DNA of 64,000 nucleotides, taken from positions 53,320,001 to 53,384,000 of the forward strand of contig OZ024749.1 in NCBI GenBank assembly GCA_964016885.1. The letters run 5' to 3'. Position 1 is the first letter of the stretch. Each line of letters opens with the position of its first letter. Source of the stretch: Eledone cirrhosa. Lineage: Eukaryota. Below are positions 12,092 to 27,335 of this stretch, in pieces. The notes under the pieces are model-generated. The model was not told where the DNA came from, did not search any database, and saw only the letters and a program-made list of their open reading frames with translations. Position numbers and translations under genes: made by a program.

Positions 12092-13205
12092 TGTGGCTGG
12101 CAGAATCGGTAGTGTCGGACAAAAAAATGTTTTGTGATATTTCGTTTACGACTTTCTACGTTGTGAGTTCAAATACTGCCGGAAGTCAACTTGATCCATG
12201 CCTTTCGTTTGTCCTTACTTCCGGGGGTCGTTAAAATAAAATAATGGTTTCTACTTTTTGGCACAAGGCTAGCAATTACCCCAGTGCAATACTGGTACTA
12301 TATTTTATCGACCCCGTAAGGATGAAAGGTAAAGTTAACCTCGGTGGGATTTGAAAACAGAACGTAAAGGACCATAACTCTATGCTGCAAAGCATGGTGT
12401 CTGATGCTTTACCGATACTGTCAATCCACCGCCCTTGTGGGACTCGTTAAAATAATGGTTTCTTATATAGGCACAAGGCCAGCAATTACCCCAGTGCATT
12501 ACTGGTACTTTATTTTATCGACACCGTAAGGATGAAAACAAAGTTAACCTCGGTGGGATTTGAAAACAGAACTTATAGGGCCGTAACTCTATGCTGCAAC
12601 GCATGGTGTCTGACGCTCTACTGATACTGACAATCCACGTTAAAATAATGATTTCTTATATAGGTACAAGGCCAGTAATTTGGGGGAAGAGGAAAGTCGA
12701 TTAAATCGACCCCAGTGTGTGACTGGTACTTTATTTTATCGACCCCGTAAGGATGAAAGGCAAAGTTAACCTCGGCAGGATTTGAACTCAAACCGTAAAG
12801 GGCCATAACTCTATGCATCAAAGCAGGGCGTCAGACCCTCTACCGATACTGCCAATCCACCGCCCTTGACAGTTAAATGTTGGTGTCGATATAATGGAAA
12901 TTTCCTTCCTTAACAAAAATGTCTGGCCTTGCTCCTATATTCGAAACCATTATTCTACTACATATAGGGCAGTAGTTTGGCAGGGCAGTAGATTGGAGTA
13001 TCGGTAGAGCGTCGGACGCCATGCTTTGTAGTATAGAGTTACGGCCCGTTATGAATTGAGTTAAAATCCTTCTGAGGTTAACTTACGGGGTCGATAAAAT
13101 AAAGAACCAGTAATGTTCTGGGGTTGATTTTAATCGACGCCCGCCCCCCCCCCCCCCCCTAAAAAAATATTTCTGGCCTTGTGCCTATAGTAGAAATCAT
13201 TATTA
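12092..13205. mobile_element. SINE cluster: a split plus copy containing three tandem minus copies, followed by another plus copy
   Basis: Plus copy 12092-12240 resumes at about 12868-12955. Minus copies at about 12244-12436, 12451-12638 and 12645-12867. Further plus copy at about 12967-13203. Confidence 0.8.
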
Positions 13206-13534
13206 TATACTACAAAAAAAAAATGTGGTGGTCGGGTGTTCGATAAATTGGCAAAATCAGTAGAGCAGCGGACACAACTCTAGGCCGTGTTTAGTGAAGA
13301 ATTCCTTAAATCAGTTTAGGAGAAAAATCTTCAAATATTTCTCTAAAAAACACTGTACAGATTAGTTCCAGACTATAAGTGTATACATCTGGCAACAAAT
13401 TGATATGAACACTTAATAAATGAAATAGCTGCACAAGGCAGACGTTTAGTGAATTGTAAACCTTCACATAACTTAAGTGTCACACAAATACGCCATTTTC
13501 TTTTGTTTCTTCACGGCGTTTCTAATAAATATTA

Positions 13535-15032
<1,498 letters not shown>

Positions 15033-15089
15033 AAATATACTGTGTATCTATGAGTGGATGGTGGATGTGTTACGGTGTTGTTGTTGTTT

Positions 15090-15325
15090 TTGGTGGTGGT
15101 GGTAGTGGTGGTGGTAGTGGTGGTGACGGTGATCGTGGTGGTAGTGGTAGTGGTGGTGACGGTGGTCGTGGGTGGTGGTGGTAGTGGTGGTAGTGGTGAC
15201 GGTGGTGGTGGTAGTGGTGGTGGTGGTAGTGGTGGTGGTAGTGGTGGTGGTAGTGGTGGTAGTGGTGGTGGTAGTGGTGGTGGTGGTGGTAGTGGTGGTG
15301 GTAGTGGTGGTGGTGGTGGTGGTAT
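15090..15325. repeat. (GGT)n trinucleotide repeat
   Basis: Direct inspection. Confidence 0.95.
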
Positions 15326-16184
15326 GAAAACTCAACTTAATTCGTCGGAATCTTGTTCCATTATTCATTAAATTAGAAACAAACGAAAGATCAATATTTT
15401 AGAAATAGTAAAAATAAATCAAACATTTCATAACAAATTTCTGTCAAACAAAATATCTTGATATACCTCTCTCTCTGTCTCTCTCTCTGTCTCTCTCTCT
15501 GTCTCTCTCTCTGTCTCTCTCTCTCTTTCTCACACTCTCTCTCTCTCTTTCTCACACTCTCACTTTCATGTCTCTCTCTCTTTCTCTTTCTCACACTCTC
15601 ACTCTCTCTCTCTCACTCTCTCTCTCTCTCTGTCTGTCTCTATCTCACACACACACACACTCGCTCACACACTCACACTCACTCACACACACTCACTCTC
15701 ACTCTCCCCTCACTCACTCTCTCTCTCCCCTCTCACACACACACACATACACGCACTCTCTCTCACACACACCTCCCCTCTCTCACACACATGCCCTCTC
15801 CCTCATGTGTCTGTGTCTAAAGGGCAAAGGAAACAGGAGAAACAGCTATAACGTTGTATTGGTGTTGAAAAACATGGCGACAACTAACAAGTATTAGGAA
15901 GCCGAGTGAAACATTTCATATGGTAATTGTTCTTTGCATTTTAATCTGACTTCACATGCAACCACAGTCAAACTTTGCCTTTCATCCTTCTGGAGGGTTT
16001 GATAAATAAAATATCAGTCAAGGGCGCTGAACTGATATAACAGAATCGTGAGGGTGCTGTGTATTTGAGTTCTTACTTCCCCTACCTGTACAAATTAGCA
16101 ACTGAAAAAGCCAGCCATGAGGGAACAATCACACAATTTCCCACACCACATCACATCACTTTACGTTTATTATTTCTATAATCC

Positions 16185-16405
16185 AGGGTGGTGGATTGGC
16201 AGTATCGATAGAGGGTCGGACGCCATGCTTTTCAGCTTAGAGTTACGGCCCTTTATGATCTGAGTTCAAATCCCGCCGAGGTTAATTTTGCCTTTCATCC
16301 TTACGGGGTCGATAAAATAAAGTACCAGTAATGTACTGGGGTCGATTTAATCGACGCCTACCCCTTAAAAAAAAAAATTGTTGGCCTTACGCCTAAATCA
16401 GAAAC
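16185..16405 (+). mobile_element. full-length dominant SINE with 15-bp TSD
   Basis: TSD tattatttctataat at 16168-16182 and 16406-16420. Confidence 0.9.
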
Positions 16406-16998
16406 TATTATTTCTATAATTCTGATTCCATAATCAATTACTAAGTTAAAATGGTTAGAAAGAACAGCTACAAGTCTAATATGTAGTTTGAGAACAGAGA
16501 AGATCACCGTGATGTCTTCCATGTTGAAGTCTGTTGAAAATGGCTACTGATCATACTTAGCGTCCGATGATGTAATTCTTTGAATGACTATTAAGAAGCA
16601 ATGTTGTTACATTATTTTCTCTAGCTATTGAGTAGTTAGCCATTGATCTTGTAAAGCTACAGATACACCTTCCATTCCTGCCTTTCAGACTCACTCTTTA
16701 GATCCATTGTTAGTGTCCATATTGGTTCACTCCATTCCTGACAATCTCACTGGATACTGGTCAAGGAATGATGGTTTTCTCCCTTTGATTTAATCTTTTT
16801 ATTTATTTTTACTTCCTCAGTTGTTTTAAACTTATCTGAACCTTTTACGTTAATGTAATTAGCTTCTTATGTTGCATTTTATTGTTTCCGCTGGTCGGTT
16901 CACAATTGCGCATGGGCAATATATAGTACACAGACAAAAGCCCTTCAAACACACCATGGTCTGATGCACATTACGATATCTATTCCCTTCACAGCGTT

Positions 16999-17079
<81 letters not shown>

Positions 17080-17569
17080 ATCATACACACATCATACATA
17101 CACACACACCAGACATATACAATCGCACACGCCATACATATACATACACACACACAATCACACACACTTACATACACACACACACAATCACGCACCACAC
17201 ATACACACACACCACACATACATAGACACACCACACACATACACACACACACACCACACACATACATACACACATACACACATACACACACACACCACAC
17301 CTACACACATAATCACACACACATATGTATATGTCCTCTATGGTTATCCCACCTCCTGTGAATCTTTAATGTCGGAGTATTGTTCTGATATGCAATCTTC
17401 CAAAATGGCCGACTTCCCAGTTTTCTTTCTTTTCTAACACTCGTCTATTTTCCTCTTTCTTCTTTCATTATATCTTCCGATGAAGGAATAACGTCCAAAA
17501 CTTTACCACTATATTCCTACTATAGCAAACATTAAACTTATATCCTCAGTGTTGTAGTTCTCCAGTGTT

Positions 17570-17950
17570 ATGGTAGTGGATTGGTGGTGTTATTGGAACA
17601 TCGGATAGAATACTTAGCAGAAGTTTCGTTATGGTCCTCAACATTCTGGTTTCAAACTCCATCGAAGTTAACTTTACATTTCATCTTTCCTGGATCAATA
17701 GAATGAAATAACAGTCAAATACTGGGGTTCATTTAACCAACTTTACCCTTTTCTCAAATTTGCTGGCCTTGTGCCTAAATTAGAAGTTATTGTAGAGTTC
17801 AAATCCCACCGAGGTCAGCTTTTCCTTTCATTCTTCCGAGGTCGATAAAATAAAGTACCAGTTAAATAATAGGTCAATATAACTCCCCCCCCCCCCCCCC
17901 CAATCATCACAACAAACAAAACATTGTTTTGTCATGTATCGAAATAAGAA
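17570..17950 (+). mobile_element. two older dominant-family SINE copies in tandem
   Basis: gtggattgg..tttcatctttcctggatcaatag..gctggccttgtgcc, then gagttcaaatcccaccgagg..ttccgaggtcgataaaataaagtaccag. Confidence 0.75.
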
Positions 17951-18157
17951 ACCAGTTTTCCTATGTTTTTCCTAGTTGTTTTTTCTCCTATATATAAAGC
18001 TTATTTATTTTATTTATTTATTTATTTATTTATTTGGTTAGTTTTGCTGTTCATAGAATCAATCTTCATTTGTTTGCTTCTAACATTTTTCTAGGCCTAC
18101 TGTATTTAATTTGTATGTCTACATGTGTTGTAGCAACGATTGTTTTCCTTGTGTCTG

Positions 18158-18234
<77 letters not shown>

Positions 18235-19007
18235 TGTGTTTGTTTGTTTTTGTTTTCTTCGTTGTGTTCAAGGTGCGATTATTAGCGATTTCCTCTCAAA
18301 ATTAAATGAAATAAAAAATTTAATCTCCAGAAAATTATCGATTTTCATGGTTAGGGAAAAAAAATCTAAATTGTTTGTTGTTTTTTTAGCCGGCATGGAG
18401 AGAGTTATCGATATCTTTTGGATTTATTCAGCAGAATATAATCGTGGTGTTGCTTAATGAGTGGAAATAGTTTTACATGTAGAAAATATACATACGAATG
18501 ATATCGTCTCTTAGTTGTTTGTTTGTTGCAGTCATGAGGGATGGATGGATGGCAGGGCATTCTTCTAGGAGAAGACAACTCGGGAAATTGGGATAACTTC
18601 GACATAAAACCTGCGGCTCAGTAGTTACCGATGATGTTGATCTTTTCTTCTTTTTGGGTTATAGCTAGTCGCTCAGAGAGTGGGATTGGCTCAGTGCACA
18701 GTCTTTTCTCACTTTAGAAAAAATCTTCACGCACAGGCATTGCACGATAGAATTAATTGATTATTATTAATAATGTTATATCGTGCAATGGCTATACTCG
18801 ATAACGAGGGGGCAGCCATTATGTATGTATGCATGAATAGACGAATGGATGGGTTGGTGAAGGACGGGCGGACTCGTAACTCTCGATGGAGTCGTAGTAT
18901 CTCGGACAACCTAGCGAAGTCCATTATTCACCATGTCTGAGCTCGTAGGGGGCGCTGTGTTGACATAAGGCGTTTCGAGAACATTTTTCTTTAAATCCTG
19001 GCGAGCA

Positions 19008-19256
19008 CATCTCCTCTCCGGGTCTGAATAGAGCAGATTTCTTCCAGAGAAGGATAGAGGTTGAGAGAATGGAATTGAGAAAGAGATATAGAGGAAGAAT
19101 CGACCCCAGTACTACACTGGTACTTCTTTATCGACTTCGAAAGGCTGGAAGGTAAAGTTGACCTCGGTGGGATTTGAACTCAATGCAGAGAGCCACAACG
19201 AATGTAACAAAGCATTCTCTCCATTTTTCTAATGACTCTACCAATTCCTCGCCTCC
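19008..19256 (-). mobile_element. SINE variant with a distinct 3' tail
   Basis: Central domain gtaaagttgacctcggtgggatttgaactc. The tail acatctcctctcc..tctgaat..tttcttcca..gaaggataga is shared with about 56266-56370. Confidence 0.7.
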
Positions 19257-19479
19257 TTAGTAATTTAGTTAATTAGAAAAATAAAATAAAAATCTACGAG
19301 AAATTATTTAAATAAGCCAACCTCAGGTAAGTAATGATGTCGTGAGTGACATACATAAAATTTCTCCGTACCTGTTTACAAAGTTCAGATTAATTCTTAA
19401 TGCTTAAAAAGTATCTCCCCTTTTCTTTGAGAGTTGCTAACCTTTTTGTAACTTAAAGGCGTATTTTTGAATCCAATGA

Positions 19480-20160
19480 GAATGAGAATTGTTTTGAGCA
19501 TGTCGTTGAGTACATCATCAGCTATTTGGTTTACCTACGTCCACGACATTAACCCACTTAAGTTATTTTCCTTGTAACTATATCATTGTGTAGGTGAGTC
19601 TTCATTTCACTGTTAGTAGAAGTAGTGTTCTATTTTTCCTATATAACCGTTTCAGTTCACGTAACTACCAATTTATTATTATATTGAAGCAATACTTTAT
19701 TACTGGGATGGGATAGCTAATGTTATTCTAACTACTATCTGATTTATGGCACTAAGTTCCGTTTTAGAATTAGTTTGACTCTTCTCTACACATTTTTTCT
19801 AATTTCTTCCTTCATTCTTCTCTTGTATTCATTAATTTTACTGTCTAATTCTAAGTTAATGTCCAGACTTTTAATTAATTTGACTTTTCTTATACAAGGT
19901 TTGTCTAATTTTCCAAACACATTTTGATATATTGCGAAATTCTTAATAGGTTTCTCTAATTGGCTGTTGTGTCTTGCATATAGTTTTCAATCCTTTCTTT
20001 GTCGTAGAAAGGGAAAATGTCCCAGAGTTTGTCCATAAGATTTGTAACTATTTTGGTTTGATTTAATAGATTTTAAAGTATTTTTAGCGGAGTCGATGTT
20101 AGGTAGAGAAGAAAACGAGACAAGGAGAAGCTTTCAAACTATTCTCTCGCTATTAAAATG
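19480..20160 (-). pseudogene. decayed non-LTR retrotransposon RT, R4/Dong-like
   Basis: Broken minus-strand frames read D*KLYARHNSQLE..FGKLDKPC, MKEEIRKNV*RRVKLILK and ELKRLYRKNRTLL. These resemble the DDLKLYA..FGLDKC, EYxRRxxxILKS and LDRKTRKLLT motifs of R4/Dong RTs. Confidence 0.55.
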
Positions 20161-20317
20161 GGGGTTGTTCATATTTCTTTAGAAAGGTGGATGAGAATGG
20201 CAAGGATGGTCCGAGTAAACGGACCTGTTTTGAATATATGCCTGTAAATAGGGGCTGAAGGACTAAGAAAGGGCACTTGCCCTAGCTGCCAAAGCAACCG
20301 TGGCTTTTTTTAAAATA

Positions 20318-20510
20318 TGAAATCGTGTGTTGAGACAGATATTTTGTATATATTTGGGGAGGGGTTGTATTAATATAGCCCAAAATAGTAAAATACCCTA
20401 AAACCAAGCAGTGTGTTTTACTATTTCTGGCAATATTAAGACAACATTAAGACAACTTAACCCTCCTCCCCAAATAAACCAATTATATTTACCCTCACAG
20501 TAATTTCAAA
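20318..20510. mobile_element. decayed foldback/MITE
   Basis: Imperfect inverted arms tatttggggaggggttgtattaatat..aaatagtaaaatac / gtgttttactattt..atattaagacaac..cccctcctccccaaata. Confidence 0.55.
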
Positions 20511-21190
20511 CGTCGTCGTCTTCTCACTTTCTAACTAGTTTACCTACTCGCCTTATATGTTAAAACAAGTTATTGTTTATAGAATAAAATAAAATATTTG
20601 TTGATAAAAATCTTATCTGAATGCTTTTTGTTGTAGAAAATATGTCACTGGAGTAAATTATAGCATTGATTGGTTAACTTTGGAACATTAAATCTTTACT
20701 TAATGAGTTTACTTCCGGCTCGTTGAATTTTTAAAATGTTATATTTAAGATGTAATATATTCAGTTGTTTTATATTCGTTAGGTTTTAAATTCAATTTTC
20801 AAAGTAGTTATTGTCGTATAACGATCCTCTTGTCAAAACAATAACAACAACAATGTATTTAATCATTTACTCTTGTTACTATTTAATTTTACTTCCGATT
20901 TCTAAATTGACTAATCGATATTTATAATTAACCTGTCTTAAAATGACTTAGTATTTTTAGAATATATTTTTCTACAATGACTATAAAGATAATACTCAAA
21001 GGTGTTGCGTTTGTTGAATTTATTGAAAGATTTTCAAAAGTAGTGCAACATTTTATGACTAATTTATATCTAAATATTGATTTATATATGATTAATAATT
21101 GGAGAATAACAGAGAGAATTGGTAGAGTTGTTAGAGACGTCGGATAGGATACTTTGTGGTATTCGTTCCGGCTGTTAAGAGTTGTCAACA

Positions 21191-21400
21191 TGATGAAGGA
21201 CTAGCGTCCGAAACGTTAAGACCCTCTTCCTGCTATATCAAGCGTTAACCTAATATATCCCTTCCATATACTGTACCGATTGTGTTGTTATTTCTGTTTA
21301 CCTTTTACATATATAAGAAGACGAAAAAAAGACGAAGTTTCGTTTACATGTTTTTATTGAGTATCGACCTATTACACGCGTTTCGCAGATGATTGGTTCA
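21191..21400. mobile_element. two Penelope-like termini tail-to-tail, each with a partial hammerhead
   Basis: Plus: TGATGAaGGACtagcGTCCGAAACGTTA (21191-21218, family E). Minus: gcGAAACGCGTGTA|ataggtcgatactcAATAAA (about 21355-21386). Confidence 0.55.
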
Positions 21401-22164
21401 AGGTCACCTATGCAATCACCTATACTATATATATAATATATATATATAAACAAACCCTCTCTAAATATAACCTTGTTGTAATTGGCTACTATTTCTAGCT
21501 TAATGAAAAAAGCCCAACCACGTGGAAGTCCCTTCTCGTTGTTGGTTTCCAAGTTTTTTGTTTCAAACTGTAGACACTCACCTGTCAGCGTGAGAACAAT
21601 TATCACACCACTTTTGTTTCTTTATTTTATATCACACACGCACACACTTACACACACACACACACACACACATACACATACACACACGCGCGCATACACA
21701 CACATACCCCCCCACACACACATTGTTGCAGTATATATATATATATATATATCTTTTCACACTTCTTCTCTGGCATTATTTCGTTGCACTTGCTAAATTT
21801 CTGGAGAAATGAAAATATTATGACATTTACGTTCGTTGAAAGTGATTGTTCTGTGTGTGTCAACTGACAACAACAACAACCAATAGGGAACAACACAATA
21901 ACAAAACTAAACAAAACAAAACACTTTCTGATGAACGATGGTGTTTGCTTAAGTTGTCATAACGAGATCCTAAATGATTTTTTTTTATATCACGTGTATA
22001 ATATATATAAAAATCTGTGAGAGAGATGGATATATATATATAGAGAGAGAGAGTGGGGATATATATATGTATAGAGAGAGAGAGAGAGAGAGAGAGAGGG
22101 ATATATATATATATAGAGAGAGAGAGAGTGGGGATATATATATATAGAGAGAGAGAGAGTGGGG

Positions 22165-22200
<36 letters not shown>

Positions 22201-22265
22201 TGGGGATAGATATATATAAATAGAGAGAGAGAGAGGGATATATATATATATAGAGAGAGAGAGGG

Positions 22266-22301
<36 letters not shown>

Positions 22302-22303
22302 GG

Positions 22304-22359
<56 letters not shown>

Positions 22360-23176
22360 TGGGGAGATAGAGAGTATATGTGTGTAACATATGTATATGA
22401 ATGTGTGTGCGCATATATGTGTGTATAGATTTTTCTGTGTGTGTGTGTGTGTGTGTAACATGTATATGAATGTATATGCGCGTATATAATGTGTGTGTAT
22501 AGATTTTTCTGTGTGTGTGCGTGTAACATATGTATATGAATGTGTGTGCGCGTATATAATGTGTGTGTCTGTGTGTATAGATTTGTCTGTGTGTGTGTGT
22601 GAATTTAATAAGGTGGTGATGTGGGTGGTAAGAGATTCCCAGCTATCGTCTGCTGAAAGCTCCGACTGACACGAAGGCTGCAATGGATGATTGTTTCACT
22701 TAGACAAGTATTCATTGCTGACTGTTGTGTCTATTAATGACGTAGCCTCATGTCTGTCCTAGTTCTATAGGAATGGTTTAGAAGTTAGCTTCGTAATCTT
22801 CAGGTCTTGGATTCTCAAAATGTAAAGAGACGAAAGAATTACTTAGAAACATTTGTCCGGGTCACCAACGAACCTCACAATCCAACGCTCCCATTTTAAT
22901 ATCTACATAATGTTGCAATTGGTAGAAAGTATCAGCAATGGAACGACTAATTGTAACACAACGTACTAGATAAGGAAACATTAGTAACACAATACTATAA
23001 TGATTTCTTATAGTAACACAATATTATACTAATCACAATATTATAATAATTGTTTCTACTATATTATAATAATCACAGATAACATGTCTTAATAACAAAG
23101 ATAAACACGTGACTGATGACGTATAAAGTTAACGGCCAAATATTTAACACTGTTAAATTTAGTTTACTATAAAGAG

Positions 23177-23625
23177 AGGAGTTGTTACTGTTAGATATTA
23201 TCAGCAATAGAAAGACTAATAGTAACATTGTTTCCTTGGTCTGATCTGATGATCAGCTCCTTTCTTCTGCCAGGAGTTGTGACTGGTAGATTATATCAGC
23301 AATAGAAAGACTAATAGTAACATTGTTTCCTTGGTCTGATCTGATGATCAGCTCCTTTCTTCTGCCAGGAGTTGTGACTGGTAGATAGTATCAGTAATGG
23401 AAAGACCAATAGTAACATTGTTTCCTTGGTCTGGTCTGATGATCAGCTCCTTTCTTCTGCCAGGAGTTGTGACTGGTAGATTATATCAGCAATAGAAAGA
23501 CCAATAGTAACATTGTTTCCTTGGTCTGGTCTGATGATCAGCTCCTTTCTTCTGCCAGGAGTTGTGACTGGTAGATAGTATCAGTAATGGAAAGACCAAT
23601 GGTAACATTGTTCCTTAGGTCTGAT
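23177..23625. repeat. 95-bp tandem repeat, about 4.7 units
   Basis: aggagttgt recurs at 23177, 23272, 23367, 23462 and 23557. Confidence 0.95.
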
Positions 23626-23899
23626 TTGAGGCGTTTCATCCCCACTCGGTAAACGATAGAGCAGGCTGTACCGTTGATTGAACAACTGGTATACTCGTGG
23701 TATGCATGGGTGACACCCTCGGAGGCAGTGATGGACTTACCTATAAGCTATATAGCTTAGGACCAACAACCTTGGAATCCTCATCTTTTAAGATACTTAA
23801 AAATATTTTAAAATATTTTATTCTTTAACACTAAATCATCATCAATTATATATATTTTATTTATTCCTTATCATTAACATTAATATAAAATAAATAATG

Positions 23900-24060
23900 A
23901 ATTCTACTATAGGCACTAGGCCAGCAATATTTAGGGAGAGGAGAGTCGATTAAATCGACCCAGTGAATTACTGGTACTTTATTTCATCGACCCCGTAAGG
24001 ATGAAAGGCAAAGCTAGCCTCGGCGGGATTTGAACTCAGAATGTAAAGGGCCATAACTCT
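23900..24060 (-). mobile_element. 5'-truncated dominant SINE
   Basis: ccccgtaaggatgaaaggcaaagctagcctcggcgggatttgaactcag. Confidence 0.85.
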
Positions 24061-24609
24061 AAAGTATAATAATAATGTATAATTATTTTAAATTATTTAG
24101 AGAAATTCCTCAAATTTCATATAACTTAGTGCCTCTGCAGTTGAGAGCCCGCCCCAGCTCCGAGTGAACTTTCTAGGTACAAAACCCTCGATCATTCGTA
24201 ACAAAAGAGAGGTCTTTTATTTTATTGGTAATAAATGTCTTATTTCTCCAATAACAACAAAAAAACAAAAACAACCTAACCCAAAACCTCATAAATTCCC
24301 CCTCCTCTTGCCCTCTACAACAAACGCACTCATTCATCTGTGTCAACTGTTTATATTAACTACAAATGTTTTCATATTTTCCATTCCTCTCGCAACAATT
24401 AATCAGTGAATTCACTAATCTAATTTTGTCATGGAATATATATAGCAATTTCTATGATCGTAATTATGTTGTAAGCTTTGTATGATCAGCAAAGTAATTG
24501 TGTTGGAAATGTCTGTATTTTTTTGTATTTATCTTGTGTGAATGTGATATACTACAGCTGCTTCATAGTCTTTAAATTATCCAGCTGTCGTAATTTATGA
24601 CAGAATTCT

Positions 24610-24667
24610 TTGTACTCATATATATATATATGTGTGTAATGTATGTATGCGTGTGTGTACGTGTGTA

Positions 24668-24716
<49 letters not shown>

Positions 24717-25446
24717 GTGTGTATGTATATATATATATATATACGTGTGTATGTATATATATATGTATTTATGTGTGTATGTATATATATATGTATGATG
24801 TGTGTATGTATATATGTATTTATGTGTGTATGTATATATATATATGTATTTATGTGTGTATGTATATATGTATTTATGTGTGTGTGTATACGTATATATA
24901 TGTATTTATGTATGTATATATATATGTATTTATTTATGTATATATATGTATTTATGTATGTATATATATGTATTTATTTATGTATATATATGTATTTATG
25001 TATGTATATATATGTATGTATGTATATATATATGTATTTATGAATGTATATATATGTATGTATGTATATATATATGTATGTATGTATATATATGTATGTA
25101 TGTATGTATGTATATATATATATATATGTATGTATGTATTTATATATGTATGTATGTATTTATATATGTATGTATGTATATATATGTATGTATGTATGTA
25201 TATATATATATGTATGTATGTATATATATGTATGTATGTATGTATATATATATATGTATGTATGTATGTATATATATGTATGTATGTATATATATGTATG
25301 TATGTATGTATTTATATATATGTATGTATGTATATATATATATGTATGTATGTATTTATATATATGTATGTATGTATATATATATATGTATGTATGTCTG
25401 TATATATATATATGTATGTATGTATATATATATATGCGTATGTCTG

Positions 25447-25480
<34 letters not shown>
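24610..25480. repeat. (TA)/(TATG) microsatellite array
   Basis: Direct inspection. Confidence 0.95.
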
Positions 25481-25487
<7 letters not shown>

Positions 25488-25569
25488 AAGGGTGATGTGG
25501 GAGGCGAACTAATTCATTTGAGCTTAACATGTAAGAATATTAATGCATTATATATATATAGTGTGTGTG

Positions 25570-25930
25570 TAAACTCAGAACGTAAAGGGACGTAACATTA
25601 TGCCGCAAAGTATGTTACCTAATACTGCCAATCCACAATAACTATTGTTTCTTCTTTAGGTACAAAGCCAGCAATTTTGGGAGGGAGGGGAAAGTCGACT
25701 AAATCGACTCCAGTGCGTTACTGGTACTTTATTTTATTGATCCCGTAAGGAAGAAGAGCAAAGTTAACCTCGGCGTGATTTGAACTCAGAACGTAAAGGA
25801 ACGTAACTCTATGCCGCTAAGCAGAGTGTTCGACGCTCTACCGATTACTGTCAATCCACTGCCATAATAATGGTTTCTTATATAGGCACAAAGCCAGCAA
25901 TTTGGGGGGGAGGGGAAAGTCGATTAACCC
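25570..25930 (-). mobile_element. three adjacent dominant-SINE pieces (one full length, about 25645-25865)
   Basis: Head, central and tail motifs are repeated. Confidence 0.8.
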
Positions 25931-25996
25931 TCTATCATTTACATTATATATACTATTGTATATATACTATTGTATATATACTATTGTATATATACT

Positions 25997-26040
<44 letters not shown>

Positions 26041-26213
26041 ATATTAATAAATGGAAACTATATTTATAAAACTATATTTATTTTATTATACATATTTCAA
26101 GGGCAACCAAGGCAAATTATGGTGCGCTTTCATCAGATAAAATACAGATTTGTTTTATAAATAAATATTGACATACCCGGAAAAAAAGACAACCTTACAG
26201 GTTGGAGCTTCCT

Positions 26214-26284
<71 letters not shown>

Positions 26285-26424
26285 GTAATAAACGAAAGAT
26301 ATACACTTTCTATCATCTCTATTTATTTCATTATATATATTTCGAAGATGCAAAGTTTTGTGTAACATAAAGCAAAACATGTTCTCCTTTGTATACTTTT
26401 TTCCTGATATATATATATATGTAA

Positions 26425-26585
26425 CACTCACTCACTCTCTCTCTCACTCACTCATTCACTCACTCACTCACTCACTCACTCACTCACTCACTCACTCACT
26501 CACTCACTCACTCACTCACTCACTCACTCACTCACTCACTCACTCACTCACTCACTCACTCACTCACTCACTCACTCACTCACTC
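26425..26585. repeat. (ACTC)n tetranucleotide repeat
   Basis: Direct inspection. Confidence 0.95.
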
Positions 26586-26854
26586 TACGAAGGGAGTGTG
26601 TGGAAATATTGACATGATAAAGAGATGTTAGTTCTCCGTTAATGGGGTGTGGTACGAGGAAGGATGTTAGACGCTATCTGTGTGTGTGTGGGGGGGGGGG
26701 GGTCTAGAATGAAAAACACGTGCGGGAATGCCAGGTAAAAGGAAAAGCTTAAATGTCAGAGAAACGGAAACATGTCATCGACAACAGATAAAGAGAACGA
26801 GTCAAGGTCCATTTTATATGTATGTATATATATACACACACACACGCACACACT

Positions 26855-26959
26855 TACAGGGTGTCCCAAAAGCATGTATACACACTTTCATTACCTGTAC
26901 AGACAATATTTATTAGAATGCTGTTGAAGCCTGTATACATTTTTGGGGGACATTCTGTA
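26855..26959. mobile_element. Tc1/mariner-type MITE (about 100 bp)
   Basis: TA-cagggtgtcccaaaagcatgtatac ... gtatacatttttgggggacattctg-TA imperfect TIRs. Confidence 0.7.
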
Positions 26960-27179
26960 TATAATTATTGACGTTATATGTTCTATAAATGTCTTACGCA
27001 GTATGAATGTGTGTATGTATGTATGTGTATTTTTGGGTATAAATGTGTGGATGTGCCTGTATGTGTGTATGTGTTTGTTTGTATGTTTAAATCTCTGGAT
27101 GTGCTTGTATGTCTGTATGTATATACAGTATATAGTTGTGTGTGTGAGATGAATATTTGATTATATAGAAGTAGAAGTA

Positions 27180-27335
27180 TAATTGTTTCCACTTTTGGCA
27201 CAAAGCCATCAATTACTCAGTACATTACTGGTACTTTATTTTATCGACTCCGTAAGGATGAAAGACAAAGTTAACCTCGCCGGAATTTGAACTCAGACCG
27301 TAAAGGGACGTAACTATGCTGGAAAGCATGGCGTA
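27180..27335 (-). mobile_element. dominant SINE, short variant, 5'-truncated
   Basis: Family motifs present. Confidence 0.85.

Noticed and set aside
16500-16790. possible old LINE fragment (SEPIWTLT on the minus strand)
   Set aside because: A single weak motif among many stops; not supportable without an alignment.
23177-23625. CRISPR array, hammerhead array or snoRNA cluster
   Set aside because: There are no unique spacers or cas genes. CTGATGA and GAAA cannot be arranged with a valid NUH site and stem I, and box C lacks its purine.
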